This document shows positions 19,828 to 29,606 of a stretch of 64,000 nt of DNA, piece after piece. Both the position numbers and the translations under genes were made by a program. Each line of letters opens with the position of its first letter. Positions within the stretch are counted from its first letter, which is position 1. Source of the DNA: a bacterium. GTDB lineage: Bacteria > Bdellovibrionota_C > UBA2361 > CALJRW01. The DNA lies in the NCBI GenBank assembly GCA_031385045.1, contig JANNBC010000006.1, positions 43,431-107,430 of the forward strand, given 5' to 3'. Under the pieces are notes generated by a model. That model was not told the origin of the DNA. It saw only the letters and a program-made list of their open reading frames with translations, and ran no database searches.

Positions 19828-20067
19828 ATGAATAAAAGGCAAAAAGAAATATTACTTAGCTTACTTGCAAATAATTTTGAACTTAACAAACTGCATAAAG
19901 AACATAAAGCGCTAGAAGATCGTCTCTCTCGCTATCAAGCAAGAAATTTCTTAACACCCCAGGAAGAATTGGAAGTAAAGCAACTCAAAACAAAAAAACT
20001 GAAAGGGGTAGATCGCATTATGAGTATTATTGAAGCTAGCGATCAAGCTTCTGCTACCATTCAGTAG
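19828..20067 (+). CDS. DUF465/YdcH family small coiled-coil protein
   Basis: L..EH..LE, LTPQEELE...LKTKKLKGVD; GGAG upstream. Confidence 0.75.
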   Translation: MNKRQKEILLSLLANNFELNKLHKEHKALEDRLSRYQARNFLTPQEELEVKQLKTKKLKGVDRIMSIIEASDQASATIQ

Positions 20068-20079
20068 CACAACGTTTTC

Positions 20080-20110
20080 TAGTAGAGATGCCATGAATGC
20101 ATCTCTACTA
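20080..20110. terminator. Hairpin between convergent genes, likely terminator
   Basis: Perfect 12-bp stem TAGTAGAGATGC / GCATCTCTACTA. Confidence 0.65.
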
Positions 20111-20127
20111 TATCTAATTATAATATT

Positions 20128-20439
20128 CTATGCTGCCCGACGACGTGTGCTAATTCTTTGATTAGCATAGATTATGGCATCCTTAGTTTTGTTTGGGTCT
20201 AGTCCCAAATGTAAGCAAATTGCACGAAAAGAGAAAATGTATTCTTCATCTTGATCTTCCATATATGTAAGTGCTTCTTGCTTAAACTCTGCCTTATTAT
20301 GGAAATCATCCACGCAGCGTAAAATTATTGCCCGCATTAATTCTGTTAAAGAATCATATCCTAAGGTATCTAAGTACGCTACATCCCACTGGGGCATTTT
20401 ACTAGCTGAGGTATCACCACTTTGCATAAACAACTCCAT
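20128..20439 (-). CDS. Small hypothetical protein, possibly DNA-binding
   Basis: 103 aa; LMRAII..FSFRAICLHLGLDP with basic tail RISTRRRAA. Confidence 0.6.
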   Translation of the reverse strand: MELFMQSGDTSASKMPQWDVAYLDTLGYDSLTELMRAIILRCVDDFHNKAEFKQEALTYMEDQDEEYIFSFRAICLHLGLDPNKTKDAIIYANQRISTRRRAA

Positions 20440-20493
20440 AATCGCTAAAGTATACCAATGTTATGTAGTCTTTAGAAAATGTGTGCTTAAAAA

Positions 20494-20650
20494 AGCAATC
20501 AGTGGGATAAATTTTAGGCTATAGAGAGCCCAAAAAAGGATCTCCGTTAAGGAAATTATTTTTTGGACTCGGGCTTTTCAAATCCTGGCTAAGGACAGGT
20601 TTAAATGCCTAAAAACAACAAATATAGTAAAATAGAATTTGGGTACTATT
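20494..20650. repeat. Structured intergenic repeat, copy 1 (hairpin A, hairpin B, linker, collapsed A')
   Basis: Shares exact 20-mer TCGGGCTTTTCAAATCCTGG and 28-mer AATGCCTAAAAACAACAAATATAGTAAA with 29681-29743. Confidence 0.9.
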
Positions 20651-21629
20651 TTGTTCTGATTAGAATAAAATCTAATAGGGAATCTAGTATCTTTTTTGTA
20701 TCCGAACAGTGATTTGGAAGTAGTTTTGCCGATTCATTCAGTAAGCTCCGAGCATCGCTAATAAAGCTTTCTGCTAACTGTTGGCTAGCGGCTAAAATGC
20801 CATCCTCCTTGATTGCCTGTAAATGAATATCAATCGCTAATGTGTGAGCTTCAGGCTTAGTTTTTAGTTCTTGTGCTAGTGAATTTCCAGAATTAAGCCA
20901 AAGAACATTAACAACTGAAGGCTTACGCTCCTTTAGATCTGTTCCTAAATTTTTACCAAACTGAGCAACATTAGCAGAAACATCTAGAATATCATCTAGA
21001 ATTTGAAAAGAGATGCCTAGCTTTTCACCAAATTCGGCAAACTGACGGCAAATCTTAGGATCGCAACCTGCAATTTTAGAGGCACTAAAACAACCAAGAC
21101 GAAAAAGGGCAGCCGTTTTTTTCTTAGCAATTAAAAGGCTACTTTCTAAGGTATGGGCATGGCTAAATAGGGGAGTTTCTAAGATCTCGCCTTCCGTTAA
21201 GTCCATGCAAGCAACTTCAGTAGCTTTAACAATCTCTGGATCTAGCAAGCCGCAAAGGCCAAAAGCCTTCACCAATAAAAAGTCACCAGTAATAATTGTA
21301 TCGTTTACTCCAAATTTACGGCAGGCTGTTAATTGATTTCTACGGAGCTCTGATTGATCGATAATATCATCATGAAGAATGGTTGCGAGGTGAATCATTT
21401 CAATACCAGCGGCAACATTAATTAGCTCTGGTTTTAATTCACTTAGGCCACAAAACTTGGCGACTAATAAGGTAAGTATGGGGCGAATCTGTTTTCCCTT
21501 TTGGGCAAACGAGTAGTTAGCGATTTCTGAAATCCGAGGCGCCTCGGACTCTATTGATCGGCCGATCATTTGGTTTACATCAGCAAGTCCTGGTAACTCT
21601 TGGAGGGTTTTAAAGTCAAAAATAGTCAT
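20646..21629 (-). CDS. Long-chain polyprenyl diphosphate synthase (IspB/HepT-like); start moved to ATG at 21629
   Basis: GKQIRP, HDDIID..RR, KTA, FQILDDILD, GTDLKE. Confidence 0.9.
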   Translation of the reverse strand: MTIFDFKTLQELPGLADVNQMIGRSIESEAPRISEIANYSFAQKGKQIRPILTLLVAKFCGLSELKPELINVAAGIEMIHLATILHDDIIDQSELRRNQLTACRKFGVNDTIITGDFLLVKAFGLCGLLDPEIVKATEVACMDLTEGEILETPLFSHAHTLESSLLIAKKKTAALFRLGCFSASKIAGCDPKICRQFAEFGEKLGISFQILDDILDVSANVAQFGKNLGTDLKERKPSVVNVLWLNSGNSLAQELKTKPEAHTLAIDIHLQAIKEDGILAASQQLAESFISDARSLLNESAKLLPNHCSDTKKILDSLLDFILIRTK

Positions 21630-21637
21630 AATACAGA

Positions 21638-23170
21638 TTACTCCCAGCCCAAGCCCTCGGATACCCAAGAGATAGCTGATAAATACTTACTTTCCATCGG
21701 GAAAATTTTGCAAAAACCATTTGTTTGAGCAAGGCTAGCATCAGTTAGACGTTTAGAATCACCAACAGTCACGACTTTTGCTTGGGGATAAATTGAAAGG
21801 ATTTCTTGAAGATCTTGTAAGCAATTGTCCGGCTTTTCATCAGCCAACATAATCAGGTCAACTCGTTTAAAGTTAATTTGATACCAAGAAAGCGCCTCTG
21901 TGGAATCCATAAATACTCGAGAATCTAGGGCAGCTGCAGAAAAGTAAAGTTTGCAAACTTCGATTTGCGAAGGATCTGGCTCTATTACCATGACTAATCC
22001 TTTACAATCAGATTTTCGATTATGTTTTAGATTTTCTTTGGATAAAGGTAGGAAGATCTTAAAAACAGTGCCTTTGCCTAGTTTGGATTCAACTGTAATA
22101 GATCCTTGATGAGCTTTAATAATTGAGAAAACAATACTTAAGCCCAGACCCATTTTATTGGCACGCTTTTTAGTTGTAAAGGTTGGATCAAATAATGAAT
22201 TTAAATGTTCTGGCGCAATCCCCAACCCCTGATCACTAACAGTAATACAGGCGTACCTAGTATCATTATTTTGAAGCTTTGGAGGTAAGTCCCAACTATT
22301 TGGCACAGAAAGTGCTAATTTAATTTTACCACCACTTGGTTGCGCCTCAGTTGCATTAATAACTAAGTTTGCTAATGCCTGGCGAATCTCGGAAGGATTA
22401 AGATCCACAAAAATTGGCTCACTAGAATCCACCATAGAAACAACTCTACTCTTGGCGTCACTAGCTTCATTCAGAAAATTTGTGGAATCGATAATCAAAT
22501 CAACGAGATTACACTGCGGAATAATCTTAATTTCAGCGGGAGAGAAGGCTAGCAGGTTATTAATAAACTGCTGAGATTTATTTAGTAAGGTCTGACATTT
22601 ATTGATTTTTTTGCAACACTTATCTTCTTTTAAATCTTTCTCAATATGATTTAGTAGATCGGAGATTTTCTCTAGGTTTGTTCCAAGTCCATGAGCAACA
22701 TTAGCTGCTAAGGCTCCTAAAGATAAAAGTTTTTGATCCCTTAGTTGATCTTTTTCAATACTCTGTAAACTTTTCTGAGACTTTCTTCTTTCACAAGCAT
22801 AGTAGATTGAACGGTAGAGGAAGTCTGGCATAATCTTGCCAAGGATTAAGTAGTCAGCTGCTCCGGCGCGAAGTAATCTTAGATCTCGATCTTTAGATTT
22901 ACCATCAGAGAGAATAACCACTGGAAGCAAAAGTGACTCTTCTTTAATTAATTCTAAAATTGCAAAAGTGTATTTGCCGAGACTTTGATCATCAAAAAGA
23001 CAAACATCAAAAGTATTTTGTAATTGCTCTAAGCCAGATTGATAATTTCTAGCCCAAAAGATTTCAGATTTAAATCCTTGAACTCGGTGCAAAAGCTGAG
23101 TGATTTGAAAGTAAGTCTCCTCAGATTCGGAAATAAAAAGGATCTTTCTGGGCTTAAAGTTTTGAATCAC
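21638..23170 (-). CDS. Hybrid histidine-kinase-like protein (REC-HisKA-HATPase-REC) with degenerate motifs
   Basis: NLVINATEA, DQGLGI, FTTK, GLGLS intact; H-box AHGLGTNL and both receiver domains atypical. Confidence 0.85.
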   Translation of the reverse strand: MIQNFKPRKILFISESEETYFQITQLLHRVQGFKSEIFWARNYQSGLEQLQNTFDVCLFDDQSLGKYTFAILELIKEESLLLPVVILSDGKSKDRDLRLLRAGAADYLILGKIMPDFLYRSIYYACERRKSQKSLQSIEKDQLRDQKLLSLGALAANVAHGLGTNLEKISDLLNHIEKDLKEDKCCKKINKCQTLLNKSQQFINNLLAFSPAEIKIIPQCNLVDLIIDSTNFLNEASDAKSRVVSMVDSSEPIFVDLNPSEIRQALANLVINATEAQPSGGKIKLALSVPNSWDLPPKLQNNDTRYACITVSDQGLGIAPEHLNSLFDPTFTTKKRANKMGLGLSIVFSIIKAHQGSITVESKLGKGTVFKIFLPLSKENLKHNRKSDCKGLVMVIEPDPSQIEVCKLYFSAAALDSRVFMDSTEALSWYQINFKRVDLIMLADEKPDNCLQDLQEILSIYPQAKVVTVGDSKRLTDASLAQTNGFCKIFPMESKYLSAISWVSEGLGWE

Positions 23171-23475
23171 AGGATCTAAGTAAACTGGGGTGCTGTAAAA
23201 TTAACTGAAAAATCAGGCAACAATTTAAGTCAATTCTAACTAGTCACTGACTTAAAGATGCTTCAGGAAGTTTTATCATGAACGGAATATTCTGTAAATT
23301 TTTACAGAAAGAGCAAACTTTGATTACTAGAGGCAATCTAAAACAACAGCAGTCAGTCTGGAAAGAACTAAGTGTACCTACCAAGAAGTTGTGAACAGAA
23401 CAGCAAGAGCCTGAAGTCTTATTTGTAAACTATCATTCTATGTAAAGTAACAGAGAGTTTTTATTCTCTGATAGT

Positions 23476-25863
23476 TTATTTAGAAAGCCTAACAATGTCA
23501 TCAGCAATTTTTCCAAAAGCATCAACGATCGAAAAGTTTTCGTCTGCTGCTGAGTAAGAACCTTGTCTGACACTATCCGCCGCATTAGTATTTGGAAATG
23601 CAGGGATTTCAACTTGTAGCTCGTTAGTTTTTCCAGTTCCATCATCAACATTAATTAAGATGCTATTTCGACCAGCTATTCGACCAAGCAATAAATCTTT
23701 ACGAGAGATGGCATCTAGATAATTTTGATAAGGTGAGCCATCTACTCCATTACATCCGGGGTAAGTAATTGTTACACCAACATTTACAGGACGACAGGGA
23801 TCGGCCTCTCCAAATCCAATTGTATGCACAGTACCGTTATTGGCTCTCATTACATCAGAATAAAAGATTGGCACATTATAGAAAACCTTCATCCAACCAT
23901 CTTTAATTGTTGTTTTATTTTCTGCAGCTGTACAGCTTGGGATTGTGCCAAGTGGGGGGTTAGTAGTTCTTTTATTGGCAACAATTTCTTTTGGATCGCT
24001 AATAGGAGGGATGCAATCAAGGGTTCCGTCAGAAGTTATATTTGCTTCGTAAATACTACTTCCTTGAATGAAATCATTAAAGTTAAAGGTATTACCTTTT
24101 AAATCCTTCATAGTAATATTGGTATTAATAGAGCCTGGGCTCCAAAAGTCGGGATATGTACTAATTTCTTCCGGATCAGGGTATCCAGCACCACCAAAAA
24201 ACAAATTTGAAAAGGCACTAGTTTTAGCATCATTTACTTGTAGACCATAAAGCATATTAGTACTTAGTAGTAATGGATCTTCTATCAGTTTTTGCGACTT
24301 TAAGAATGTACTTGGAGACCAGACTGTCCCACCAGCACCTAGACGCGGAGTTTTTCCCGCATTGGGACCAGAGGGAACATATCTTCGATAGGAACTTAAG
24401 TTACTAAGTAGTGTTACGTCATAGTCCATTGGAACTTGCGCCAGTTTACTAGGAATATGGCGGGTATCATTGGCAAAATTTACTCCAGGTAAGTTGGGAT
24501 TTTGTAATAAAATCCTCGTAGCACTTGGGGCACCATCAGTAAATAAAACATAGTGAGTTTTTACCCGAATTTTACCTGTAGAATCTGAGTTATATTGTAA
24601 ATTATGGATGTAAGCACTAAGCAAGGCATCCGAAGGATTTGTCCAATCGCCTAATTTTAAATTTCCACTTTTAGTAACAATACTATTAAAGATAGTATCA
24701 AGTTTAGCACTATTATGTACTTCTCGTTCTCCACTAGTACTTCCGCTAACTTGCCTTCCAACATCCCATTCATTTACAAGGGCACTGTTGAAAGGAATGG
24801 CCATTGATTTATAGACAAAAGAAGCTGAGTTAAAGGGGATAATTGCAATGTTATCTTTGTTGGGACGAAAACGCTCCATAAAGGCATCGACCCCTTGAAT
24901 TAATTGATTCATCTTATTATCAAGACTGAATTTTGTAGCTACAGTGTTAATGATATAGTTTCCACTTTGGGCGTTAGCAGCAATTGCAAAATCGAAATTA
25001 TTGGGACACTTAGTGGCGTCTGTAATTAAACAACCGCAATAACAGTTCTTATTTATGGCAAAGGCAACATCCTTGTGAAGCTGGATATCAAGTGCATTTC
25101 CAGGTATTGGAAAACCAAAAATTCTAGCTTGTTGTCCATAGGACATACCGATACTATCTATACCAAGTTCAATATCATGCTTTTGTTGCATGGCAACCTC
25201 ACAATCAGCTAATTGAGTGGACTGCTGATAATAACTATAACTTACTGGGCACATCATTGAATTGGAAAGATCGACCATCAAAACAACTTGGACTGGAGAA
25301 ATATCACCAATTGAAGCACTGGAAGTTTTGAATGTATCGGCATTGGTAGTACTGCCACCCAATAAGTTAGAAAGTCCCGTAGTCATTAAGAGATTGTTTC
25401 GGACTAGATCTTTAAATTCTACCTGTAGAACTTCACTACTGTTATTTGCAGGAGTAGGGCCATAAAAATTAACATAGACATCCTCTTCTGTTAATTTACC
25501 TTTAAAGCTTGGCATACTAAAAAGCGCGTTATCGCGCGCAATTTCTCGAGCTCTTTGAATTACAGATTTCTGCATTGGCCCCATTGGCTCACCATTAAAA
25601 ACTTGGGCGTGGTTTTTAGTATTTTGAAAACCTGCTTGATCGTAGCTTGTGTGTAAACTGGCATCATAACCTTTATTAACTCGGTATTCTAAGGCAGCAA
25701 CAACCGCAGCATCAGTCGCTTTTTTGTACTGAAGTTTAGTATAAAACATATTGGCAGAGTCGATACTAAGGGCAGCAACACCAAGTAGGGCGACAATTCC
25801 TAGAGCCATAAGTGGTAGGTAAGCTCCAGCCTGATTATTTCTTTTAGATAATAGTTGCATCAT
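23476..25863 (-). CDS. TadG-like pseudopilin with vWA domain
   Basis: Prepilin-like start QAGAYLPLMALGIV, ID..ATDAAVVAA, MIDAS VDLSNSM, FTDG, HTIGFG. Confidence 0.8.
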   Translation of the reverse strand: MMQLLSKRNNQAGAYLPLMALGIVALLGVAALSIDSANMFYTKLQYKKATDAAVVAALEYRVNKGYDASLHTSYDQAGFQNTKNHAQVFNGEPMGPMQKSVIQRAREIARDNALFSMPSFKGKLTEEDVYVNFYGPTPANNSSEVLQVEFKDLVRNNLLMTTGLSNLLGGSTTNADTFKTSSASIGDISPVQVVLMVDLSNSMMCPVSYSYYQQSTQLADCEVAMQQKHDIELGIDSIGMSYGQQARIFGFPIPGNALDIQLHKDVAFAINKNCYCGCLITDATKCPNNFDFAIAANAQSGNYIINTVATKFSLDNKMNQLIQGVDAFMERFRPNKDNIAIIPFNSASFVYKSMAIPFNSALVNEWDVGRQVSGSTSGEREVHNSAKLDTIFNSIVTKSGNLKLGDWTNPSDALLSAYIHNLQYNSDSTGKIRVKTHYVLFTDGAPSATRILLQNPNLPGVNFANDTRHIPSKLAQVPMDYDVTLLSNLSSYRRYVPSGPNAGKTPRLGAGGTVWSPSTFLKSQKLIEDPLLLSTNMLYGLQVNDAKTSAFSNLFFGGAGYPDPEEISTYPDFWSPGSINTNITMKDLKGNTFNFNDFIQGSSIYEANITSDGTLDCIPPISDPKEIVANKRTTNPPLGTIPSCTAAENKTTIKDGWMKVFYNVPIFYSDVMRANNGTVHTIGFGEADPCRPVNVGVTITYPGCNGVDGSPYQNYLDAISRKDLLLGRIAGRNSILINVDDGTGKTNELQVEIPAFPNTNAADSVRQGSYSAADENFSIVDAFGKIADDIVRLSK

Positions 25864-26404
25864 ATAAAAAAGATCCCTGAACGTACGGTAGTGTAAAAAT
25901 CGAATTAATAAAAACTAAGATTGGGGAAAAAGGCACAAAACATTCGGCAAAAACTATTGCCTCATGTCGGTCTAGATTAGAGAATTCCGGTCTGATTTTA
26001 TTAACATCAAGTAGGAGATTTAATCTACTTTGGGAGATATTTCCTTTATGGAAAGGTGTATTCCATGTTGCTCTGTCTCCGGGAGCAATTGGGTCACCAG
26101 TGGGTTTCAGATATGTTACCGCTAATTTTGTGCCCGTCACAATTGTTTGTAAATACTCTTGGAACTGAATTAATTCAGAGTCTAAACAACTGGGTAAAAG
26201 TTGGGGATCGTCAGGACATTCCCGCTTAATTATATTAGCAAACTCTTTACTGGCACTGGAGGCAATTGTTAAGTGGTGAATTGCTCTAGTAAATTCAAAA
26301 ACAGTCAGCGAAATTACAAAAATAATTGGTAAGATAAGAGCTAGCTCTACTAGCACGGAACCATTATTAGAGTTTAATTTATTGAATTGATTTATGCTTA
26401 ACAT
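25844..26404 (-). CDS. TadE/TadF-like pseudopilin
   Basis: NNGSVLVELALILPII (Gly, Glu at +5, hydrophobic helix). Confidence 0.8.
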   Translation of the reverse strand: MLSINQFNKLNSNNGSVLVELALILPIIFVISLTVFEFTRAIHHLTIASSASKEFANIIKRECPDDPQLLPSCLDSELIQFQEYLQTIVTGTKLAVTYLKPTGDPIAPGDRATWNTPFHKGNISQSRLNLLLDVNKIRPEFSNLDRHEAIVFAECFVPFSPILVFINSIFTLPYVQGSFLYDATII

Positions 26405-27019
26405 CTACGTACCCCCCAGAAGATCAGACTGATAGCGAAAGTATTCATTTCTACCAAAGACAATAAAGTCCATTTGAGCACTGGTTTGAAACCATGAAAA
26501 AATTGAGACATTAGTTCTAATACAAATCGCTACTATTTCTCCACGTTCGCCCGCGTTTGTCGGACCAAAAGTTGTTGGCAATGCTGGATCACAACGCCAT
26601 TTTGCTTGCGTTGGTGCAGTCTCTGCTGGCTGGCTGACTCCATTTACCATTCTTGCTGGCCTTACAGGCCTAGTGACTGAAATCATTGCTGGGGTAATAG
26701 TTAAATCTAGACGTTGCGCAATTTTAACTATCTCCGTTTTAATACAAGTTGCGCGAGCTGATTCACTATTCAAGCTATCAACAACAACTCCACTGTTTGG
26801 TAAATTACAACCACCTGTAGCTGTAAAATTAGATTTCGTAGCTGCTTCTAAACCTTCTTGCAGGGTATGCTGAATTGACACTGTGACGAAACTAAATTTA
26901 AGTAATTCCAACACGGAAACAATAATCATCATAAAGACAATAATCGAAATTGACATCTCCACATAAGAAGCACCAAGTTGTTGTTGGAAGGAATCCTGTT
27001 TCATGAAATATTTATACAA
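26405..27019 (-). CDS. TadE-like pseudopilin
   Basis: QLGASYVEMSISIIVF; paired cysteines in the C-terminal domain. Confidence 0.78.
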   Translation of the reverse strand: MYKYFMKQDSFQQQLGASYVEMSISIIVFMMIIVSVLELLKFSFVTVSIQHTLQEGLEAATKSNFTATGGCNLPNSGVVVDSLNSESARATCIKTEIVKIAQRLDLTITPAMISVTRPVRPARMVNGVSQPAETAPTQAKWRCDPALPTTFGPTNAGERGEIVAICIRTNVSIFSWFQTSAQMDFIVFGRNEYFRYQSDLLGGT

Positions 27020-27099
27020 TAGGAAGGGAATTTAACCTAACGTCCTATACTAAAACCAAAAACTCTAAAATGAGCTAAAAAACAAAAAGCTTAGCCTAA

Positions 27100-27123
27100 C
27101 CTTAAAAAGCTAACTTTTTAAGG
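27100..27123. terminator. 10-bp hairpin just past the thioredoxin stop codon
   Basis: CCTTAAAAAG-ctaa-CTTTTTAAGG. Confidence 0.5.
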
Positions 27124-27126
27124 CAA

Positions 27127-27624
27127 TTACATTCTTGTTTTACTATAAACCTTATCTTTTAGATGCAAAAGAAACTCTTTTGGATTTAAAAATCCTTCAA
27201 TTCGTGAATCTGTAATCTCATCTCCTTGGGAGTCGATAAAAATAATAGTTGGTAGTCCTAATACATTGTATTTATTAGAAAAATCTTCATTCTCAGAATT
27301 TACTAGGTTGAAATCTAAGCGAACAGTAATTAGGTTTTTAAGGGCTAGTTGAACTTCGCTGTTAGAAAATGTTACCTGTTCGAATCTCTGACAGGGTTCA
27401 CACCAATTAGCAGAAAGATCAACTAGGACAATCTTATTTTGCTCTGTTGCGATTCTGAGAGCTAAGTCCAGGCTGCTTTGCCATAAAATACCATCAAGAT
27501 TAACCTGAGGTTTATTAAGAAAAAGGTAATCCTTAAATTTGAAGCTAAAGGAAATTAGAAATAGTATTCCTAGGATAGCAACAAGCATCATCTTATATTT
27601 TGAACCAATCTTAAGCACACTCAC
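27127..27624 (-). CDS. Membrane-anchored thioredoxin-family protein (DsbD-gamma-like)
   Basis: N-terminal TM, WCEPC, cis-Pro GLPT. Confidence 0.85.
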   Translation of the reverse strand: MSVLKIGSKYKMMLVAILGILFLISFSFKFKDYLFLNKPQVNLDGILWQSSLDLALRIATEQNKIVLVDLSANWCEPCQRFEQVTFSNSEVQLALKNLITVRLDFNLVNSENEDFSNKYNVLGLPTIIFIDSQGDEITDSRIEGFLNPKEFLLHLKDKVYSKTRM

Positions 27625-27782
27625 TTTAAAATTAAAATTATCATTAAGCTTTAAGCTATAATAAGGGATTTTAAGGATTAAGGAAAAAAATAAGATTTAA
27701 TAGCCAATTTGCAAGTTTAGAGGCAAAGATTGCAGGATTAAGATTATTTTACATTTAAAGGGTCATTTGATAACTATCTCCC

Positions 27783-28283
27783 ATGCCAAACAATCAGAAA
27801 TCCGCTGTTTTTCCAGGTTCATTCGATCCATTTACAAATGGTCATATTGATATTGTAGAACGTTCACTAGAGATTTTTGAGACTGTCCATGTCGCAGTTT
27901 TAGAAAATTTTTCCAAGAATGCCCTTTTTTCACCTGAAGAAAGAGTCGCCTTAATTGAAAAAATATTTAAGAAGCAGAAGCAAAAAGTTATTGTGGAAAC
28001 TTTTAGTGGACTATTGGTCGATTATGTAAAGAAGGTCAAGAGTCGGGTAATTATTCGCGGACTGCGAGCAATCAGTGACTTTGATTATGAAGCCCAAATG
28101 GCTTTAATGAATCGGCAGTTAGATCATCGAGTAGAAACATTGTTTATGATGACCAGAGAAGAGAACTCATACATTAGTTCAACACTTGTAAAGCAGGTAG
28201 CACCCTATGGTGGAGATGTTTCCATGTTGGTGCACCCAATCATTGCTAAAGCATTACAAGCAAAATATTCCAAGAAGAAGTAA
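27783..28283 (+). CDS. coaD: Phosphopantetheine adenylyltransferase
   Basis: PGSFDPFTNGH, RGLRAISDFDYE, ISST. Confidence 0.97.
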   Translation: MPNNQKSAVFPGSFDPFTNGHIDIVERSLEIFETVHVAVLENFSKNALFSPEERVALIEKIFKKQKQKVIVETFSGLLVDYVKKVKSRVIIRGLRAISDFDYEAQMALMNRQLDHRVETLFMMTREENSYISSTLVKQVAPYGGDVSMLVHPIIAKALQAKYSKKK

Positions 28284-28313
28284 CTCCTCAAAATTTTATA
28301 CATTAAATAGAAA

Positions 28314-29510
28314 ATGAAACTTATTAATAATTTAATTAAATCACAAAAACCAAGTGCCACGCTGGCAATCAAAGCAAAGACTTTAGAGCTAAAAGCTAAA
28401 GGCTTAGACATTATTGATTTTAGTACGGGAGAGCCAGATTTTGACACTCCCGATTTTATTAAAGATGCCGCAAAGCTAGCGCTTGATCAGGGACATACGA
28501 AATATACAGCGGTGCCCGGTATTCCAGCACTTCGCAAAAGACTAGCTGAGAAATTTACGATTGATAATAAAATTAAAACTGATGCTGAAGGAGTTATCGT
28601 TTGCAATGGTGGTAAACAAGCAATTCATAATTTTTTAGAAGTCGTTTTAGAACCAGGTGATGAAGTTATTATTCCAGCTCCCTACTGGGTAAGTTATCCT
28701 GCAGAAGTTGCTTTGGCTGGTGGTGTTCCGGTGATCTGTAAAAGTAATCCAAAGAACCAGTATAAATTGACTCCAGCAGAACTGGAGTCCTACATAACGC
28801 CTAGAACAAAAGTGTTAATTCTAAATAGCCCCTCAAATCCCACTGGTGCTGGCTATACTAAAGAGGATTTTCAAGCATTATCTAAAGTATTAACTAATCG
28901 CGAAATTATTATTATGTCAGATGAAGTTTATGAAAAAATTACCTATGGTGATTTTAAGTTTGTTTCCTTTGCGGAAGCAGTTCCAGAGCTTGCCGATCGC
29001 ACTGTCACAGTTAATGCTTTTTCTAAAGCTTATTCAATGACAGGCTGGAGAGTAGGTTATGCAACAGGTCCACAAGAAATTATCTCAGCAATGTCTAAGT
29101 TTCAGAGTCAAACAACTTCTAATGTTTGTTCCTTTGCGCAGCATGCCGCCCTGGCTGCGTTAAACGGATCCCAGGATTTTATTCCCAAAATGAATCAAGT
29201 TTTTTGGACACGATTGCAGTCGGCAGTCAAAGTTATTGAAGAAACACCGGGATTAAGTTTGGCGGGAATTCCGGAAGGAGCCTTTTACTTATTTATCAGA
29301 CTGGAGGAGTTCTTTGCTAAAAATTCTAAGATAAAAAATTCAACAGATTTTTGTAACTTCCTACTGGAGTCAGCCCAAGTTTCTGCAGTACCAGGAATTG
29401 AATTTGGGGATGATGGTGCTTTTAGAATAAGTATTGCCGTTTCGGATCAAGAATTAGCAACAGGAATGTCTCGCATTTCTAAAGCTTGCCAAGAGGCACT
29501 CACTAATTAG
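28314..29510 (+). CDS. PLP-dependent class I aminotransferase (aspartate aminotransferase-like)
   Basis: GEPDF, PYWVSY, NSPSNPTG, DEVY, SKAYSMTGWRVG. Confidence 0.92.
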   Translation: MKLINNLIKSQKPSATLAIKAKTLELKAKGLDIIDFSTGEPDFDTPDFIKDAAKLALDQGHTKYTAVPGIPALRKRLAEKFTIDNKIKTDAEGVIVCNGGKQAIHNFLEVVLEPGDEVIIPAPYWVSYPAEVALAGGVPVICKSNPKNQYKLTPAELESYITPRTKVLILNSPSNPTGAGYTKEDFQALSKVLTNREIIIMSDEVYEKITYGDFKFVSFAEAVPELADRTVTVNAFSKAYSMTGWRVGYATGPQEIISAMSKFQSQTTSNVCSFAQHAALAALNGSQDFIPKMNQVFWTRLQSAVKVIEETPGLSLAGIPEGAFYLFIRLEEFFAKNSKIKNSTDFCNFLLESAQVSAVPGIEFGDDGAFRISIAVSDQELATGMSRISKACQEALTN

Positions 29511-29606
29511 TCAAGCCTTAGCTGATTTTGCTTAAATTTCAATTACTTGCTATAAGAGCTTCCGAATAAGACTTGCTTTTCGCTCCCTCCGTGGAGTTTC
29601 GAGGAT

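Noticed and set aside
23171..23475. Possible 6S RNA or riboswitch upstream of the hybrid kinase
   Set aside because: Only short stems (GCTTCAGG/CCTGAAGT, TTCTGTAAA/TTTACAGAA); no extended rod or aptamer consensus that I can recognise.
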